NCBI GenBank assembly: GCA_016192455.1
Contig: JACPUC010000006.1
Coordinates: forward strand, 62,001 to 126,000
Reading direction: 5' to 3'
DNA: 64,000 bases
Source of the DNA: Candidatus Tectimicrobiota bacterium
GTDB taxonomy: Bacteria; JACPUC01
Both the position numbers and the translations under genes were made by a program. The notes beneath the pieces are model-generated. The model worked only from the letters and a program-made list of their open reading frames with translations. It made no database searches and had not been told where the DNA came from. Below, piece by piece: positions 47,706-57,878 of the stretch (within the stretch, counting starts at the first letter, position 1; every line of letters starts with the position of its first letter).

Positions 47706-48629
47706 TCACGCCACTGGTTGTCCGCTTTCCGGTTTGGGCAACCCGGGCCGACGATTGCCAGGCGGCTCGCGCTCCTCGATGCTTCCCTCGGCGCCGAAAA
47801 GCTCGCGATACCAAGCGGGATGCCGCTCCTGCACATAGGCGCGGCTGAGCGGCCGGCCGAACATGGAGCGGAGCAACCCCCAGTGCGACGGCAGGGCGAG
47901 GTAGCGGATGAGGTGCTCGAGGAGCTTGGCGCCGGCCAGGAAGAGGGTCGAGACGTGCAGGGCGCTGATGAAGAAGAGGACGGGTCCGGGCAACGGATTG
48001 TAGATGTAGCGAAACGCCTTCAGGGCGCCCGTGACGAGCGCCAGTGCGATGATGAAGGCCCAGATGGGAAACGACACCAGCCGCGAATAGGGAGAGTACT
48101 TGCCCGCTTCACGATCGCCGGGGCGATTGCGGCGGCGAACCTGAAGGAGGAGGCGAGCCAAATCGCCCCGCCGCCAGAGGATGCCGTAACGGCCGAGGGT
48201 GAGAGCGTGGGCCAGGTAGAGCGCCACGGCGAAGACCACCATGGAGGCGCCGACGAAGTGGAGCTGATAGACGCGATCCAAGGGGGCGCTCCGCCAGAGG
48301 AGGCGGTACTGGACGATGCCCGTCGCCATGGCGAGCATGATGCCGACCGCGTTCACCCAATGAGCTGCGATGACCAGCGGGGCGTGCCGCGCCACCTTGC
48401 CGTCGGTGGCCCTCTCCTGCCGCCCGCGGCGCGCCCGCCAGCCCGCCGCCAGTCCCAGACCGAGGCCGAGGCAGGCGGCGAACGGCAGCACCTTGAGGAA
48501 CCGCACTTGGTTCCTCAACAGAGCCCCGCGCGGCGCCCAGTCGTGGCGCTCGGCCAGAGCGGGGGCGGTCATGATGAAGAGAGCGCCGAGGCACGCGCCC
48601 GCCTGGATGAGCCGCAGGGTGCGAGGCAT
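47706..48629 (-). CDS. Cytochrome b membrane anchor (FdnI/hydrogenase cyt b-like)
   Basis: RH...AAHW.NA, LH, GKYS..R, TG..K, LH...H and RSM..G; extra N-terminal signal/TM. Confidence 0.8.
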   Translation of the reverse strand: MPRTLRLIQAGACLGALFIMTAPALAERHDWAPRGALLRNQVRFLKVLPFAACLGLGLGLAAGWRARRGRQERATDGKVARHAPLVIAAHWVNAVGIMLAMATGIVQYRLLWRSAPLDRVYQLHFVGASMVVFAVALYLAHALTLGRYGILWRRGDLARLLLQVRRRNRPGDREAGKYSPYSRLVSFPIWAFIIALALVTGALKAFRYIYNPLPGPVLFFISALHVSTLFLAGAKLLEHLIRYLALPSHWGLLRSMFGRPLSRAYVQERHPAWYRELFGAEGSIEEREPPGNRRPGLPKPESGQPVA

Positions 48630-48647
48630 GGGGAATCGCTTTCAAGC

Positions 48648-49340
48648 TCAGGCAATACTGTCGTAGACCTTCGTGGTGGCTCTCGTCACGTCCAGGCAGA
48701 GGCGGTCGGTCTTCAGGACGCCCTGCCGAATGCGGATGTTGATGGGACAGCGCTCGACGCAGATCGGCCCGCCCTCTCTGCCGCGGCACATGTCGCACTT
48801 TGTGAAGACTCCCTTCTGCTCGTCGAAGAAGATGCGCTTCCACGCCACCGGCTCCGCCGTCTCCGTCAGGATGCCGTCGATGGGGAACGGGCAGGCGGCC
48901 TCGCAGCGCCCGCAGGCCACACAGCGCGCCTCGTCAATGAAGCGCGCCCCGTTCGCCCCGTCAAGGCGCATGGCGTTGACCGGGCAGACGTAGACGCACT
49001 CGGGATGCGGGCACTGCTTGCACGGCTGCTGGAGAAATTGCCCACGACCAGGGTACTTGCGCTGAATCTCGGCATGGAGCGTCGTCGCCGAATGGTTGAG
49101 GATGCGGATGCGCGGCTTGTCGGAAAGGCCCTGTTCGCGGTGGTAGCGGCCGCACACCACCTCGCAAGTGAGGCAGCCGATACAGAGGGAGGGATCGGGC
49201 ATGATCGCTCCCTCCGAGAGGGGGAGGGCCTGCGGCTGCGTCCCGAGGTTCGCCAGGCCCAGGACCGCCGCTCCCGCAGCCACCGCCCCCACGGCGCCAA
49301 GCCGCAGGAAATCGCGCCGTGTCACCGCCGCCTCGGTCAT
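48648..49340 (-). CDS. Tat-signal 4Fe-4S dicluster protein (DmsB/FdnH-like)
   Basis: TRRDFL; CIGCLTCEVVC, CKQCPHPECVYVCP, CVACGRCEAACP, KCDMC...CVERCP. Confidence 0.92.
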   Translation of the reverse strand: MTEAAVTRRDFLRLGAVGAVAAGAAVLGLANLGTQPQALPLSEGAIMPDPSLCIGCLTCEVVCGRYHREQGLSDKPRIRILNHSATTLHAEIQRKYPGRGQFLQQPCKQCPHPECVYVCPVNAMRLDGANGARFIDEARCVACGRCEAACPFPIDGILTETAEPVAWKRIFFDEQKGVFTKCDMCRGREGGPICVERCPINIRIRQGVLKTDRLCLDVTRATTKVYDSIA

Positions 49341-49467
49341 CGGTTCCTCGCCTCTTCCGCGGCCTCCTCGCCACCGCCTGCCGGCAGGAGGGAGGGGCGG
49401 GCGCCCGGCACCCACCCCTCGATGGCAAGCGCGAAATCCTCCGCCTCCGCCTCCGCCGTCCCCGGCC

Positions 49468-50442
49468 TCAGGCAACGGCCAGCAGCGCCTTTTCCACCAG
49501 GGAGCGCGTCAGGTCAACCTTGTAGCGGTTCATGGTCATCGGCCGCGCGCCGGCGGTGGCAAGCTGCGCGGCTTGCTGGCTCAGCTCGCGGGTGATCTTC
49601 TTGCCGGCCAGCGCGCGTTCGGCCCGCTCGACGCGCAGCGGCACAGGCGCCACCCCGCCCAGGGCCAGGCGGGCAGCTTGGCAGACGCCGTTTTTCGCGG
49701 TGCAGCGCACCGCCACGCTGGCCAAGGCGAAATCCCAGGAGCCGCGGATGCGCGTCTTCAGGAAGGTGCTGCGGGTGTTCGCCGGCGGCGTGGGCACCAC
49801 GATCTCGGTGATGAGTTCGGCCGGCTGCAGGATGTTCTCGCGCAGAACGTCCTGGCGCGGCCCGATAAAGAAGTCCTCGGCCTTGACGGTCTTCTCCTTC
49901 TGGGGACCGGCAATGGTGATGCGGGCATCGAGGGCGAGGAGGGCGACAGCGGTATCGGAGGGGTGGACCATGTAACACAGCTCGCCCTTCAGGATGGAGT
50001 GGTAGTAGCGGTTATCCCCCGTCACGGCGAAGCAGAAGTCGCCCCCTTTCTTGTAGCAGTGGAAGGCGCCACGGTAGTACCAGCAGCGCGGCCGCTGGCA
50101 GAGGTTGCCGCCGATGCTCCCCATGTTGCGGAGCTGCGGCGAGGCCACGGCGCCGGCCGCCTCGGCGAGCGCCGTGTAACGGCCGAGGACGGCCTCGTGC
50201 TCGGCGAGGTCGGCCAGGATCGTCATGGCGCCGATGTGCAGCCCGTCCTTCTCCTCGCGGATGTAGTGGATATCCTTGACGTCGCCGATGTTCACGACGA
50301 ACTCGGGCGTGTCGATGCGCTCCTTCATGAGCGTCGTGAGGTCGCCGCCCCCGGCGAAGATGCGGGCCTTCTTGCCGTGCTTGGCAAGGGCCCCCTTCAC
50401 CTCCTCGATGCTCTTCGCATTGATCCAGGTAAAGCTCTGCAC
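49468..50442 (-). CDS. Xanthine-dehydrogenase-family FAD subunit (PaoB/YagS-like, with 4Fe-4S Cys insert)
   Basis: AGGGDL, ASPQLRN..SIGGNLCQRPRCWYYR...C.KKGG..C, HPSD, LGGVAP.P; GTG start. Confidence 0.92.
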   Translation of the reverse strand: MQSFTWINAKSIEEVKGALAKHGKKARIFAGGGDLTTLMKERIDTPEFVVNIGDVKDIHYIREEKDGLHIGAMTILADLAEHEAVLGRYTALAEAAGAVASPQLRNMGSIGGNLCQRPRCWYYRGAFHCYKKGGDFCFAVTGDNRYYHSILKGELCYMVHPSDTAVALLALDARITIAGPQKEKTVKAEDFFIGPRQDVLRENILQPAELITEIVVPTPPANTRSTFLKTRIRGSWDFALASVAVRCTAKNGVCQAARLALGGVAPVPLRVERAERALAGKKITRELSQQAAQLATAGARPMTMNRYKVDLTRSLVEKALLAVA

Positions 50443-50461
50443 GTTCCCTCACCTCCCTTCG

Positions 50462-52798
50462 CTACACGGCCGCCCGCAGGGCCTGGAGGACCTTGCTCGG
50501 CGTGATCGGGTAGTCGCGGATGCGCACCCCGGTGGCGTTGTACAGGGCATTGGCGATGGCGCCGCCGGCCCCCGTCACGGGCGGCTCCCCGAGCCCCTTC
50601 GCGTTGATGTTGTTGGAGAGATCATGGGTCTCGATGGGCACCACGGTCACTTGGTCGGGAATGTCCAAGGCGGTCGGACAACCGTACTCGTGGTAATTCG
50701 CATTGAGTTGCACGCCGGTCTCGGCGTCGAGAATGCGCTCCTCGTAGAGCGCCATGCCGAGCCCCTGGATGAAGCCGCCCTGCACCTGGCTCTCGTAAGT
50801 GAGGGTGTTGATCGGGCGGCCGGAATCGTGGGCCAGGACGGCCCGCAGGACCTTGACGTTGCCGCTCGCCGTATCGACCTCGACCTCGACCATCTGCGCC
50901 CCGAAGATATCAACCTTGCGGCCGGCGGGGTTCGGCAGACGCTTCCCCTTGCCGATCAGCAGGTGCCGCCCCTGCATCCAACCCAGCTTGCCGGTCACCT
51001 CCTTGAAGTTTGCTTTCTTCTCCGGCTGGCTCTTCGCGGCGAAGACCCCGCCGGCATACTGCACGTCGGCGACGGGAACCTTGAGGGTTTCCGCGGCCAG
51101 GGCGATGAGCTGCTGCTTCGCGTCGGCGGCCGCCATGCGCACTGCCGGGCCGCCTTGGAACGTCGTCCGGCTGCCGTAGCTCGAGTTGATGGTGTACGGC
51201 GTTCCGGCCGAATCGCCGTAGGCCACGCGCACCATCTCGAGCGGCACGTCGATCTCCTCGGCGGCGATCTGGGCGAAGATCACCTGCGCCCCGACGCCGA
51301 GATTGGCGATGCCGACATTGACCTCGACCGTGCCGTCCGGATAGATGGTCACCAAGGCCTGGCTCGGTTCGCCCTCGAAACCGTGCCAGTGGACGGCGCT
51401 CATGCCGATGCCGCGGCGCTTGGTGCCCTCGACGGTCGACTTCGGCTTGCGCCGCTGCCAGCCGAAGGTCTTGGCGGCGGCCTCGTAGCTCTCGCGCAGG
51501 CCGTTGCTGAAGTACGGCTCGTTCTTCGGTTGGTAGACGGCCGTGAAGTTCTTCAGGCGCAGCGCGATGGGATCAAGGTCGAGCTTCTCGGCCGCCTCGT
51601 CCATGAACTGCTCCAGGGCGAAGAGGTTCTCGGTGTTGCCCGGACCGCGGCAAGCGCCGGGGGACGAAAGGTTCGTGTGCACGGGGATGTTCGTCGTGCG
51701 CAGGTTCGGGCACTTGTAGAGCTCGTTCGTCGGCGACCCCACGGCTGGTGCGGCCCAGTACATCCCTCGGTCGTTCCAGGCGCCGCCGCGCCCGATGACC
51801 TCGTAGTCGATGGCCGTTAGGGCGCCGTCCTTCTTGAAGCCGGCCTTGATCTTTTGGATGGTGAGCGGTCGGTGCGAGGAGAGGAGGAAGGTCTCGAAGC
51901 GATCCAGGAAGAGGCGGATGGGGCTCCCCGTGGCGCGGCTGAGCATCGCCGCGATGACGTGGTACTCCTTCACGCCGTTCTTGGAGCCGAAGCCGCCGCC
52001 AAGGTGCTCGTTGAGCACCCGCACCTTGCTGATGGGCAGACGCAACTTCAGCGCCAGGAGGTCGCGCGTCAGGTGCACCCCTTGGGTGCTGTCCCAGACC
52101 GTGAGCATGCCATTCTGCCAGTGGGCGACGCAGCCGTGCATCTCCAGGCAGGCATGGTGTTGCTCGGAGGTCGTGTAGGTCTCTTCTAGGACAACGTCGG
52201 CCGCCGCGAATCCTTTCGCCAGGTCGCCGCGCTCGTAGACCTTCGGCTTGCCCTCCCAGATGTTGCCGTACGGCTGCAGTTTCGGCGCGCCGGGCCGCAT
52301 CGCCTCCCGCACGTCGATGACGTGCGGCAGCACCTCGTACTTCACCTTGATGAGCCGCACGGCGTCGTCGGCAATCTGCTCAGTATCGGCCGCCACCGCC
52401 GCGATGTCGTCGCCGATCAGGCGCACGTGATCCTTGAACACCGCCCGCTCGCGGTCCCAGGGCTGTTTGCCGGCGTTCTTGTGGCTGAGGACGGCGCGCA
52501 CGCCGGGCAGCTTCTCCGCGGCGCTCGTTTCGAGGTCGAGGAGTTTCGCATTGGCATGAGAGGAGCGCAGAACGCGGGCGTGGAGCATGCCGGGAAGCTG
52601 GACGTCGTAGGCATACTTCGCCTCTCCCGTCACCTTCTCCCGGGCGACCTTCTTCGGGAAGCGCTTGCCGACGTACTTCAGCGTCTCATTCTTCCCCCAG
52701 GGCGCCAGCATGGTTCCCCCTTCCCCCTGGAGCGCCGCCGACTCGTCCTCGACGGTGTAGGTCTTTCCCTCGACGATAATCTGCTTCATCGCAGCCAT
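50462..52798 (-). CDS. Xanthine-dehydrogenase-family molybdopterin subunit (PaoC/YagR-like)
   Basis: KVTGEAKY, STQG, GGGFGSK, RGPG, GSR, QVQGG..QG.G, KGLGEP. Confidence 0.95.
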   Translation of the reverse strand: MAAMKQIIVEGKTYTVEDESAALQGEGGTMLAPWGKNETLKYVGKRFPKKVAREKVTGEAKYAYDVQLPGMLHARVLRSSHANAKLLDLETSAAEKLPGVRAVLSHKNAGKQPWDRERAVFKDHVRLIGDDIAAVAADTEQIADDAVRLIKVKYEVLPHVIDVREAMRPGAPKLQPYGNIWEGKPKVYERGDLAKGFAAADVVLEETYTTSEQHHACLEMHGCVAHWQNGMLTVWDSTQGVHLTRDLLALKLRLPISKVRVLNEHLGGGFGSKNGVKEYHVIAAMLSRATGSPIRLFLDRFETFLLSSHRPLTIQKIKAGFKKDGALTAIDYEVIGRGGAWNDRGMYWAAPAVGSPTNELYKCPNLRTTNIPVHTNLSSPGACRGPGNTENLFALEQFMDEAAEKLDLDPIALRLKNFTAVYQPKNEPYFSNGLRESYEAAAKTFGWQRRKPKSTVEGTKRRGIGMSAVHWHGFEGEPSQALVTIYPDGTVEVNVGIANLGVGAQVIFAQIAAEEIDVPLEMVRVAYGDSAGTPYTINSSYGSRTTFQGGPAVRMAAADAKQQLIALAAETLKVPVADVQYAGGVFAAKSQPEKKANFKEVTGKLGWMQGRHLLIGKGKRLPNPAGRKVDIFGAQMVEVEVDTASGNVKVLRAVLAHDSGRPINTLTYESQVQGGFIQGLGMALYEERILDAETGVQLNANYHEYGCPTALDIPDQVTVVPIETHDLSNNINAKGLGEPPVTGAGGAIANALYNATGVRIRDYPITPSKVLQALRAAV

Positions 52799-52814
52799 TC
52801 CGCATCACCTCCTC

Positions 52815-53435
52815 TCAGAGTTTTTTCGCGGCCGCCAAGACGGCCTCGAAGATGTGGTGGTAGGCGCCGCAGCGGCAGATGTTCCCCGACAGCGCCTGCT
52901 TCACTTCCGCCAGGGTGGGGCTCTTCTTCTTGTCGAGGAAGGCCTTGCCGGCCAGAATCTGCCCCGGTGTGCAGAAGCCGCATTGGTAGGCGTCGTACTC
53001 GATGAACGCCTCCTGCAGCGGATGGAGCCGCCCGTTCTTGGCCAACCCCTCGATGGTCTCGATCTCCCTGCCCTGCACGTTGACGGCGAGCAGCGAACAG
53101 CCGTACATGGCGCGCCCATCGACGATCACCGTGCACGCCCCGCACTCGGCCCGGTCGCAGCCGATCTTCGTGCCGGTGAGATTGAGCTCGGTGCGCAGGA
53201 CGTCGGCCAGGGTGCGGCGCGCTTCGATGGTGAGGGCGTAGCGCCGGCCATTGATCTTCAGCTCCACCGGCACGTAGGAGAGCCCCTCCACCAGCGGCGG
53301 CACCGCGGCCTTTCCCGCCCGGGGCTTGACGAGGCCGGTGGCGAGAGCGGTCGAGGTGGCCGCCCCCACTCCCATCCCCTTCAGGAAGCTCCGGCGCGAC
53401 ATCCGAAGTCGTTCATCTCCCTTCGTGGTTGCCAT
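52815..53435 (-). CDS. Tat-signal 2Fe-2S subunit (PaoA/YagT-like)
   Basis: SRRSFLK; GTKIGCDRAECGACTV, QCGFCTPG, GNICRCGAY; RBS GGAGG. Confidence 0.95.
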   Translation of the reverse strand: MATTKGDERLRMSRRSFLKGMGVGAATSTALATGLVKPRAGKAAVPPLVEGLSYVPVELKINGRRYALTIEARRTLADVLRTELNLTGTKIGCDRAECGACTVIVDGRAMYGCSLLAVNVQGREIETIEGLAKNGRLHPLQEAFIEYDAYQCGFCTPGQILAGKAFLDKKKSPTLAEVKQALSGNICRCGAYHHIFEAVLAAAKKL

Positions 53436-53526
53436 AGATGTTTCCACCTCCTCCCAACGACAGGTTCTCTGAAATCGCTTGGCTCGCACAGAGCCTGCCC
53501 AACGTCCCTCCTCCTGGTTGGTTGCC

Positions 53527-54501
53527 TTACCTCCTCCCTCCCACCTGTGGGCCGCCCGCCTCGCCGAGCGGTGCAAGGTAGATGTTGCTCTCGCCCAGCA
53601 ACACCGCATCGAAGACGATACTCCGCCCGTCGGGGCTGATGTCGAGGCCGCCGGCAAAGCTCACCGACGGGGTGGCGGGGCGGCGGTCGGAGCCGTCGGG
53701 GCGCATGGACCACAAGCCGTGGGTGCCCTCCCCAGAGCCGTGCGGCAGGTAATAGATGCGACCGTCGCGGCGATTCCAGCGCGGGAAGTGCTCGGTCTTC
53801 GGTCCGTTGGTGAGGGGGCGGGCGTCGCTGCCGTCGCGGCGCATCAGCCAGATGTCGTAGTTCCCCGCCGCGAACGAGTCGTAGGCGATAAACTGGCCAT
53901 CCGGACTCCAGGCGATCTGCCGGCCGAACTTCTTGCCGAAGCTGAGCAGCGTCGGCTTCGTTTCCTTCCCTCCATCAACCGCCGTCACCAGCAACTCGAG
54001 TTGTCCGGCATTGTTTTCCGCATAAGCCAGCGAGGCTCCATCGGGGCTCCAGCCGAGGCTGATGTGCCAGTTGGAGCCATGGGTGATCTGGCGCGGGTTG
54101 CCCCCCTCGCGGTCCATCACCCACACCTGGTAGGCGCCGGTCCGATCCGAATCGAAGGCGATGCGATGGCCGTCGGGGGAGAAGGAGGGGTGGGAATCAT
54201 GCCACGGGCCGCTCGTCAGCGGACGCGCGTCGCTGCCGTCGGCGCGCATGATCCAGATGTGGAAATGGCCGCCGCGATTGGAATCGAAGACAATGTGCGC
54301 GCCGTCGGGGCTCCAGACGGGGTGACGGTCGGTGAAGGGGAGGAAGGTAAGCTGCTTTGCCCCCGCGGGGAGCTCATGCGCCACAGGGGCGGACACCGCC
54401 GCGCACCAGGCAAGGAGCAGGACCATCCCGCCCAAGAGGCGGCGGGGTAGGCACCCACCCCCACGCTCCTGCGGTGACGCGGCGCGCCGTCGCATCTCCA
54501 C
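53527..54501 (-). CDS. Exported TolB-like PD40 beta-propeller protein
   Basis: Signal peptide; repeated P.[WF]SPDG..I.F.S...G...IW.M..DGS; start uncertain. Confidence 0.88.
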   Translation of the reverse strand: MEMRRRAASPQERGGGCLPRRLLGGMVLLLAWCAAVSAPVAHELPAGAKQLTFLPFTDRHPVWSPDGAHIVFDSNRGGHFHIWIMRADGSDARPLTSGPWHDSHPSFSPDGHRIAFDSDRTGAYQVWVMDREGGNPRQITHGSNWHISLGWSPDGASLAYAENNAGQLELLVTAVDGGKETKPTLLSFGKKFGRQIAWSPDGQFIAYDSFAAGNYDIWLMRRDGSDARPLTNGPKTEHFPRWNRRDGRIYYLPHGSGEGTHGLWSMRPDGSDRRPATPSVSFAGGLDISPDGRSIVFDAVLLGESNIYLAPLGEAGGPQVGGRR

Positions 54502-54744
54502 CCCCCCAGGTGATCTGCCCGTATCGCCTCAATACTACCAAGAAACAGACTACGTCAAGGAGATTCTTTCTTACCCCAGACGCTGCGGGGATGTGCTCTC
54601 CTCTCCATTTGAGGATGGGTTCTTTCGGCGCGCAGTCTACCCTCGATGGCCTAAGGCAAGGAGCGCTCTCCCTGTTGAACGTCAGGGGGAGCTCCCTGTA
54701 TTCCCGACTTCCCGGCCGCGGCAGGGGGGGAGAAAGAGGCCTGC

Positions 54745-54966
54745 TTAGTAGTAACCCCCTCGCTGCCAGCTCGGATCGAGCGAGCCGACGGTGCGCAGGG
54801 TGACTACGTGCCGCAGGTTCACCAGCACGGTCTGCTGGTTCTCTTCCTGAAGGAGGAGGAAGGCTGGGTCTTCGGCCACCACATCGGCCAGCACTCCGTG
54901 CAGGGTCTGGTTCGGCAGCCCCACCTCGATCTGCTTGCCTTTCAAGGCCTCGATGCACTCATACAT
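54745..54966 (-). CDS. Small hypothetical protein, possible Sm/Hfq-like fold
   Basis: MYECIEALKGKQIEVGLPNQTLHGVLADV...FLLLQ...TVLVNLRHVVTLR; ATG overlaps the upstream gene end (ATGTATGA). Confidence 0.65.
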   Translation of the reverse strand: MYECIEALKGKQIEVGLPNQTLHGVLADVVAEDPAFLLLQEENQQTVLVNLRHVVTLRTVGSLDPSWQRGGYY

Positions 54967-55261
54967 CGCCGCTCTGGGCCTCCCTGAACTCCATGGTCTC
55001 GAACAAGCTCGGCTCGGCCATGGCGAAGTAACAGAAGCTGCCAGCGCGGCTTGGCCGGTCGCGCCGCAGGTAGCGCATGCGAATATCAAGCTGGTTCTTC
55101 TGGAAAGAGAGCTGGTAGCAGCGGCGGCTCCGCAGCGGGAAAGGGTTCGGCGCCTCGCCACAGCGAAAGACGTAGTGCTCCGTGCGTTCGTCAATGTTCC
55201 AGGCATCAAAGCTCAGCAGCACGCGCTGCCCGTCGCGAACTGTCACATCTTCCTTGTTCAT
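54959..55261 (-). CDS. Small hypothetical protein (100 aa)
   Basis: GAAGGT upstream of ATG; globular-looking composition; coupled to the downstream ORF. Confidence 0.6.
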   Translation of the reverse strand: MNKEDVTVRDGQRVLLSFDAWNIDERTEHYVFRCGEAPNPFPLRSRRCYQLSFQKNQLDIRMRYLRRDRPSRAGSFCYFAMAEPSLFETMEFREAQSGDV

Positions 55262-55473
55262 CTACACCTTCACTCGGAACGGATGGCTCGTCAGACCGCC
55301 GGCCCCGCCTCTCAGGCTAAATGAATAGGCAAGAGGCGCAGCACCTTCGCTCCCGGTTCTTCCGCGCCGTCCGCCGCTTACCTCCCGTGGATAACGGCCC
55401 CGGACAGGCCCAGCGAAGCGACAGGCCGGCCCAAACGCCGCAGCGGCAAAAGGTGCGAGCGTGCTGACCCCGT

Positions 55474-57066
55474 TCAACCCTTTAGGGTCTTCGATGGCCG
55501 CCACCACCACTTCTTCATCTTGTAGTCATCCGCAATCGCCCCGGCGCAATTAAACCCCGGCGCGCCGGTCACCCCACCCATGGGATGCGCCGAACCGCCG
55601 CACAGGTAGAGGTGCTTCACCGGCATGCGGTAGTTCGCCCAGCCCGGCACCGGCCGCAGGTCGCCCATTTGGTTGGGGCTGATGTGGCCGTGCGCGATCG
55701 AGCCCTCGAACATGGAGATGGTGGTCTGGCTGATGTCGTACGGCGAGTAGTTGAAGTGAGCGAGGATATTCTCACCCTGCATGTTCGGAGCGTAGTCACA
55801 CCACACCTTGCGGATATGCTCGCCGTAGTCCTCCTTTATCTTCAGCCAGTGTTCCGGCCCTTCTTTCAGGCGGAAGGGGGCGACCTGCCAGGTAAAGGCG
55901 GTGTGCTTGCCAGGCGGAGCCTGCGAGGGATCGTGCACGGTTGGAGCAATGGAGAACGCCACACACTCCCTCGGCACCAGCCCTTGGCGGAGCTGGTAGT
56001 GGTGCGACAGAATCTCAGCGGAGTGCTCCACGCCCCAGGCGACGCCCAAGGCTTTCTGCACGTCGGGGTTTTTCCGCGCCGCGGCGTAGAGGGGCGGTTC
56101 GTTGAGCGCGAAGTGCGGCGTAAAGAATGACACCTCATCGGCCTGGAAGGCGCGCACGCGGCGGGCGAACTCGTCATCCAGGCATGCCTCGCCCACCAGC
56201 TCGAGCATCAACGCCTTCACGTTGGTATTCGAGGCGATGGCGCAGCGCGCCATGATCTGCGAGCCGTTCTCCAACTCAACTCCCGTGGCGGTTCCATGTT
56301 CAACGATCACCTTCGCCACGTGGCTGTTCTTGCGCACGGCGCCGCCCGCGGCCGTTATGACGTTGACGAGCGCCTCGGCCAACATGCGCGAGCCGCCGAT
56401 GCAGATGCCGTTGGAATGTCCGTGCATGGCACTCACCATGGTGGGAATCTGCAGACCGGTGCCGGCGAGATCGTAGGGGACGGAACCTTGCATGGCCGCG
56501 ATGGCCAGCCAGCACTTCACGGCCTCATTCTCGAAGAAAGCGTCGGTCACCTGCTTCACCGACGAGTTCAGAATCTGAATCATCAGTTTGCCGTCCGGCG
56601 CGCCCTCCAGCAACGCGTACAATTTTGATAACGGCAGCGGTTCGGAGTGCCAATAGGCATTCACGACTTGACGCAGGTGCTGAAACTTCTCGTTCAGGCT
56701 CTTGTAGGTTTTGGCGTCCTTCTTTGAGAATTGCGCGATGGTCTCGCAGGTGGCATCGACATCCAGGTAGGACAAGATGGCCCGCCCATCGCGCGTGACG
56801 AAGGCGTAATTCGGATCGGGACGGACGTACTTGGCGCCGTACTTGTCGAGTTCAAGGGTGCGGTACATGGGGCCGCCGATGTGCATCACCGAGTGCAGGT
56901 TATGCTTGAACCCCGGCAGGGTGACCTCTTCGGTGGCGCAGCCGCCGCCGATGTTGTGCCGGCGCTCGAGCACGCAGGTGCTCATGCCGGCTTTCTGCAG
57001 GTAGGCCGCGCACGCCAGGCCGTTATGACCGCCACCGATGACAACCAGATCAAATTCCTCGGCCAT
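55474..57066 (-). CDS. Phytoene-desaturase-family NAD(P)/FAD oxidoreductase
   Basis: IGGGHNGL..AAYL, LERR..IGG, PGFKH, DPSQAPPGKH, LYLCG...HP.GGV.GAPG; RBS GGAGGAG. Confidence 0.92.
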   Translation of the reverse strand: MAEEFDLVVIGGGHNGLACAAYLQKAGMSTCVLERRHNIGGGCATEEVTLPGFKHNLHSVMHIGGPMYRTLELDKYGAKYVRPDPNYAFVTRDGRAILSYLDVDATCETIAQFSKKDAKTYKSLNEKFQHLRQVVNAYWHSEPLPLSKLYALLEGAPDGKLMIQILNSSVKQVTDAFFENEAVKCWLAIAAMQGSVPYDLAGTGLQIPTMVSAMHGHSNGICIGGSRMLAEALVNVITAAGGAVRKNSHVAKVIVEHGTATGVELENGSQIMARCAIASNTNVKALMLELVGEACLDDEFARRVRAFQADEVSFFTPHFALNEPPLYAAARKNPDVQKALGVAWGVEHSAEILSHHYQLRQGLVPRECVAFSIAPTVHDPSQAPPGKHTAFTWQVAPFRLKEGPEHWLKIKEDYGEHIRKVWCDYAPNMQGENILAHFNYSPYDISQTTISMFEGSIAHGHISPNQMGDLRPVPGWANYRMPVKHLYLCGGSAHPMGGVTGAPGFNCAGAIADDYKMKKWWWRPSKTLKG

Positions 57067-57235
57067 GGTCTCCTCCCCCAACCGCGACCTGCAACCGCCT
57101 CTTTCCGCAAGTGGAATGCGGTCGCCGGCCGGCGCAACGAGATGCTCCCGCGGCCTAAAATAGTCCGGCTGAACCCCGGTCAGGTATCGCCGGACCACGC
57201 CGCGCGCTGCCTTGGCGGCTCTTGCCTCGGCAAGC

Positions 57236-57265
57236 CATGATCACTGGAATCATGCTCTGTTGTCA
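57236..57265 (-). promoter_or_regulatory. Promoter with palindromic operator upstream of the oxidoreductase
   Basis: Minus strand TTGACA followed by the inverted repeat CATGAT-N7-ATCATG (57236-57254). Confidence 0.55.
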
Positions 57266-57653
57266 ATTGCCCGAACATGATGGGGGCCGCCGCCTCCCTC
57301 CCGTAAGTAAGGGTCCGAGTCAGGCCCGGCGAGGCGGCAGGTTCGCTCCGGGCGCTCCGGGGCGCCTGCGGCCAGGAGTGCAGACCGCTCGCCAGTCAGC
57401 CTCGCCCTTCTCCGCTTGCCTTGGACCAAGCCGCGCGGCATTTCCAAGAAGGTCGATGCAATTCCTGGCGCGGCGAGGTCTCTGCCCCCGCGCGTGCCTG
57501 CTTGCTCTCTCCGCAGCGATCGTCAGCGATCTGACGATCTCCCGCCTTGCCCACGCCGCATGCCGCCCGACGAAATGCCGGTGCATCTTCTAAGGTCTTG
57601 CAAACTCGCTGGTTGTCTTGGTTCCGCAAGCTTGCGGCGGGGCCTTGTGGGTG

Positions 57654-57669
57654 TGGCACGAGGGATGCA
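57654..57669 (+). promoter_or_regulatory. Sigma54 -24/-12 promoter
   Basis: TGGCACG-AGGG-ATGCA with exact GG-N10-GC spacing. Confidence 0.6.
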
Positions 57670-57728
57670 CCGTCCTCGCCGCGGATGTGAAGGCCGGGGT
57701 GAAACCACGGGAGAAATGGGGTGAGGGG

Positions 57729-57878
57729 ATGGATGAGAGGGTTCTGGAGCTGCTGGAAGCCGACGGAGACGCTCCTGCCGTCGATGAACCGACGCGCCTG
57801 CTCCTGCACGTGAAGCACGTGGAGGGTCTTCTTGCCGGCTTGCTCACCGATCTCGAACGGTTTATTGGTCACTCCTAA
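57729..57878 (+). CDS. 49-aa small hypothetical protein
   Basis: RBS GAGGGG; MDERVLELLEADGDAPAVDEPTRLLLHVKHVEGLLAGLLTDLERFIGHS; directly downstream of the sigma54 site. Confidence 0.5.
   Translation: MDERVLELLEADGDAPAVDEPTRLLLHVKHVEGLLAGLLTDLERFIGHS

Noticed and set aside
50462-52798. Aerobic CO dehydrogenase CoxL
   Set aside because: Active-site loop is GACRGPG, not AYxCSFR; Tat export fits the PaoABC type.
55474-57066. Carotenoid biosynthesis crtI
   Set aside because: No crtB, crtE or crtY nearby; only the broad family is supported.
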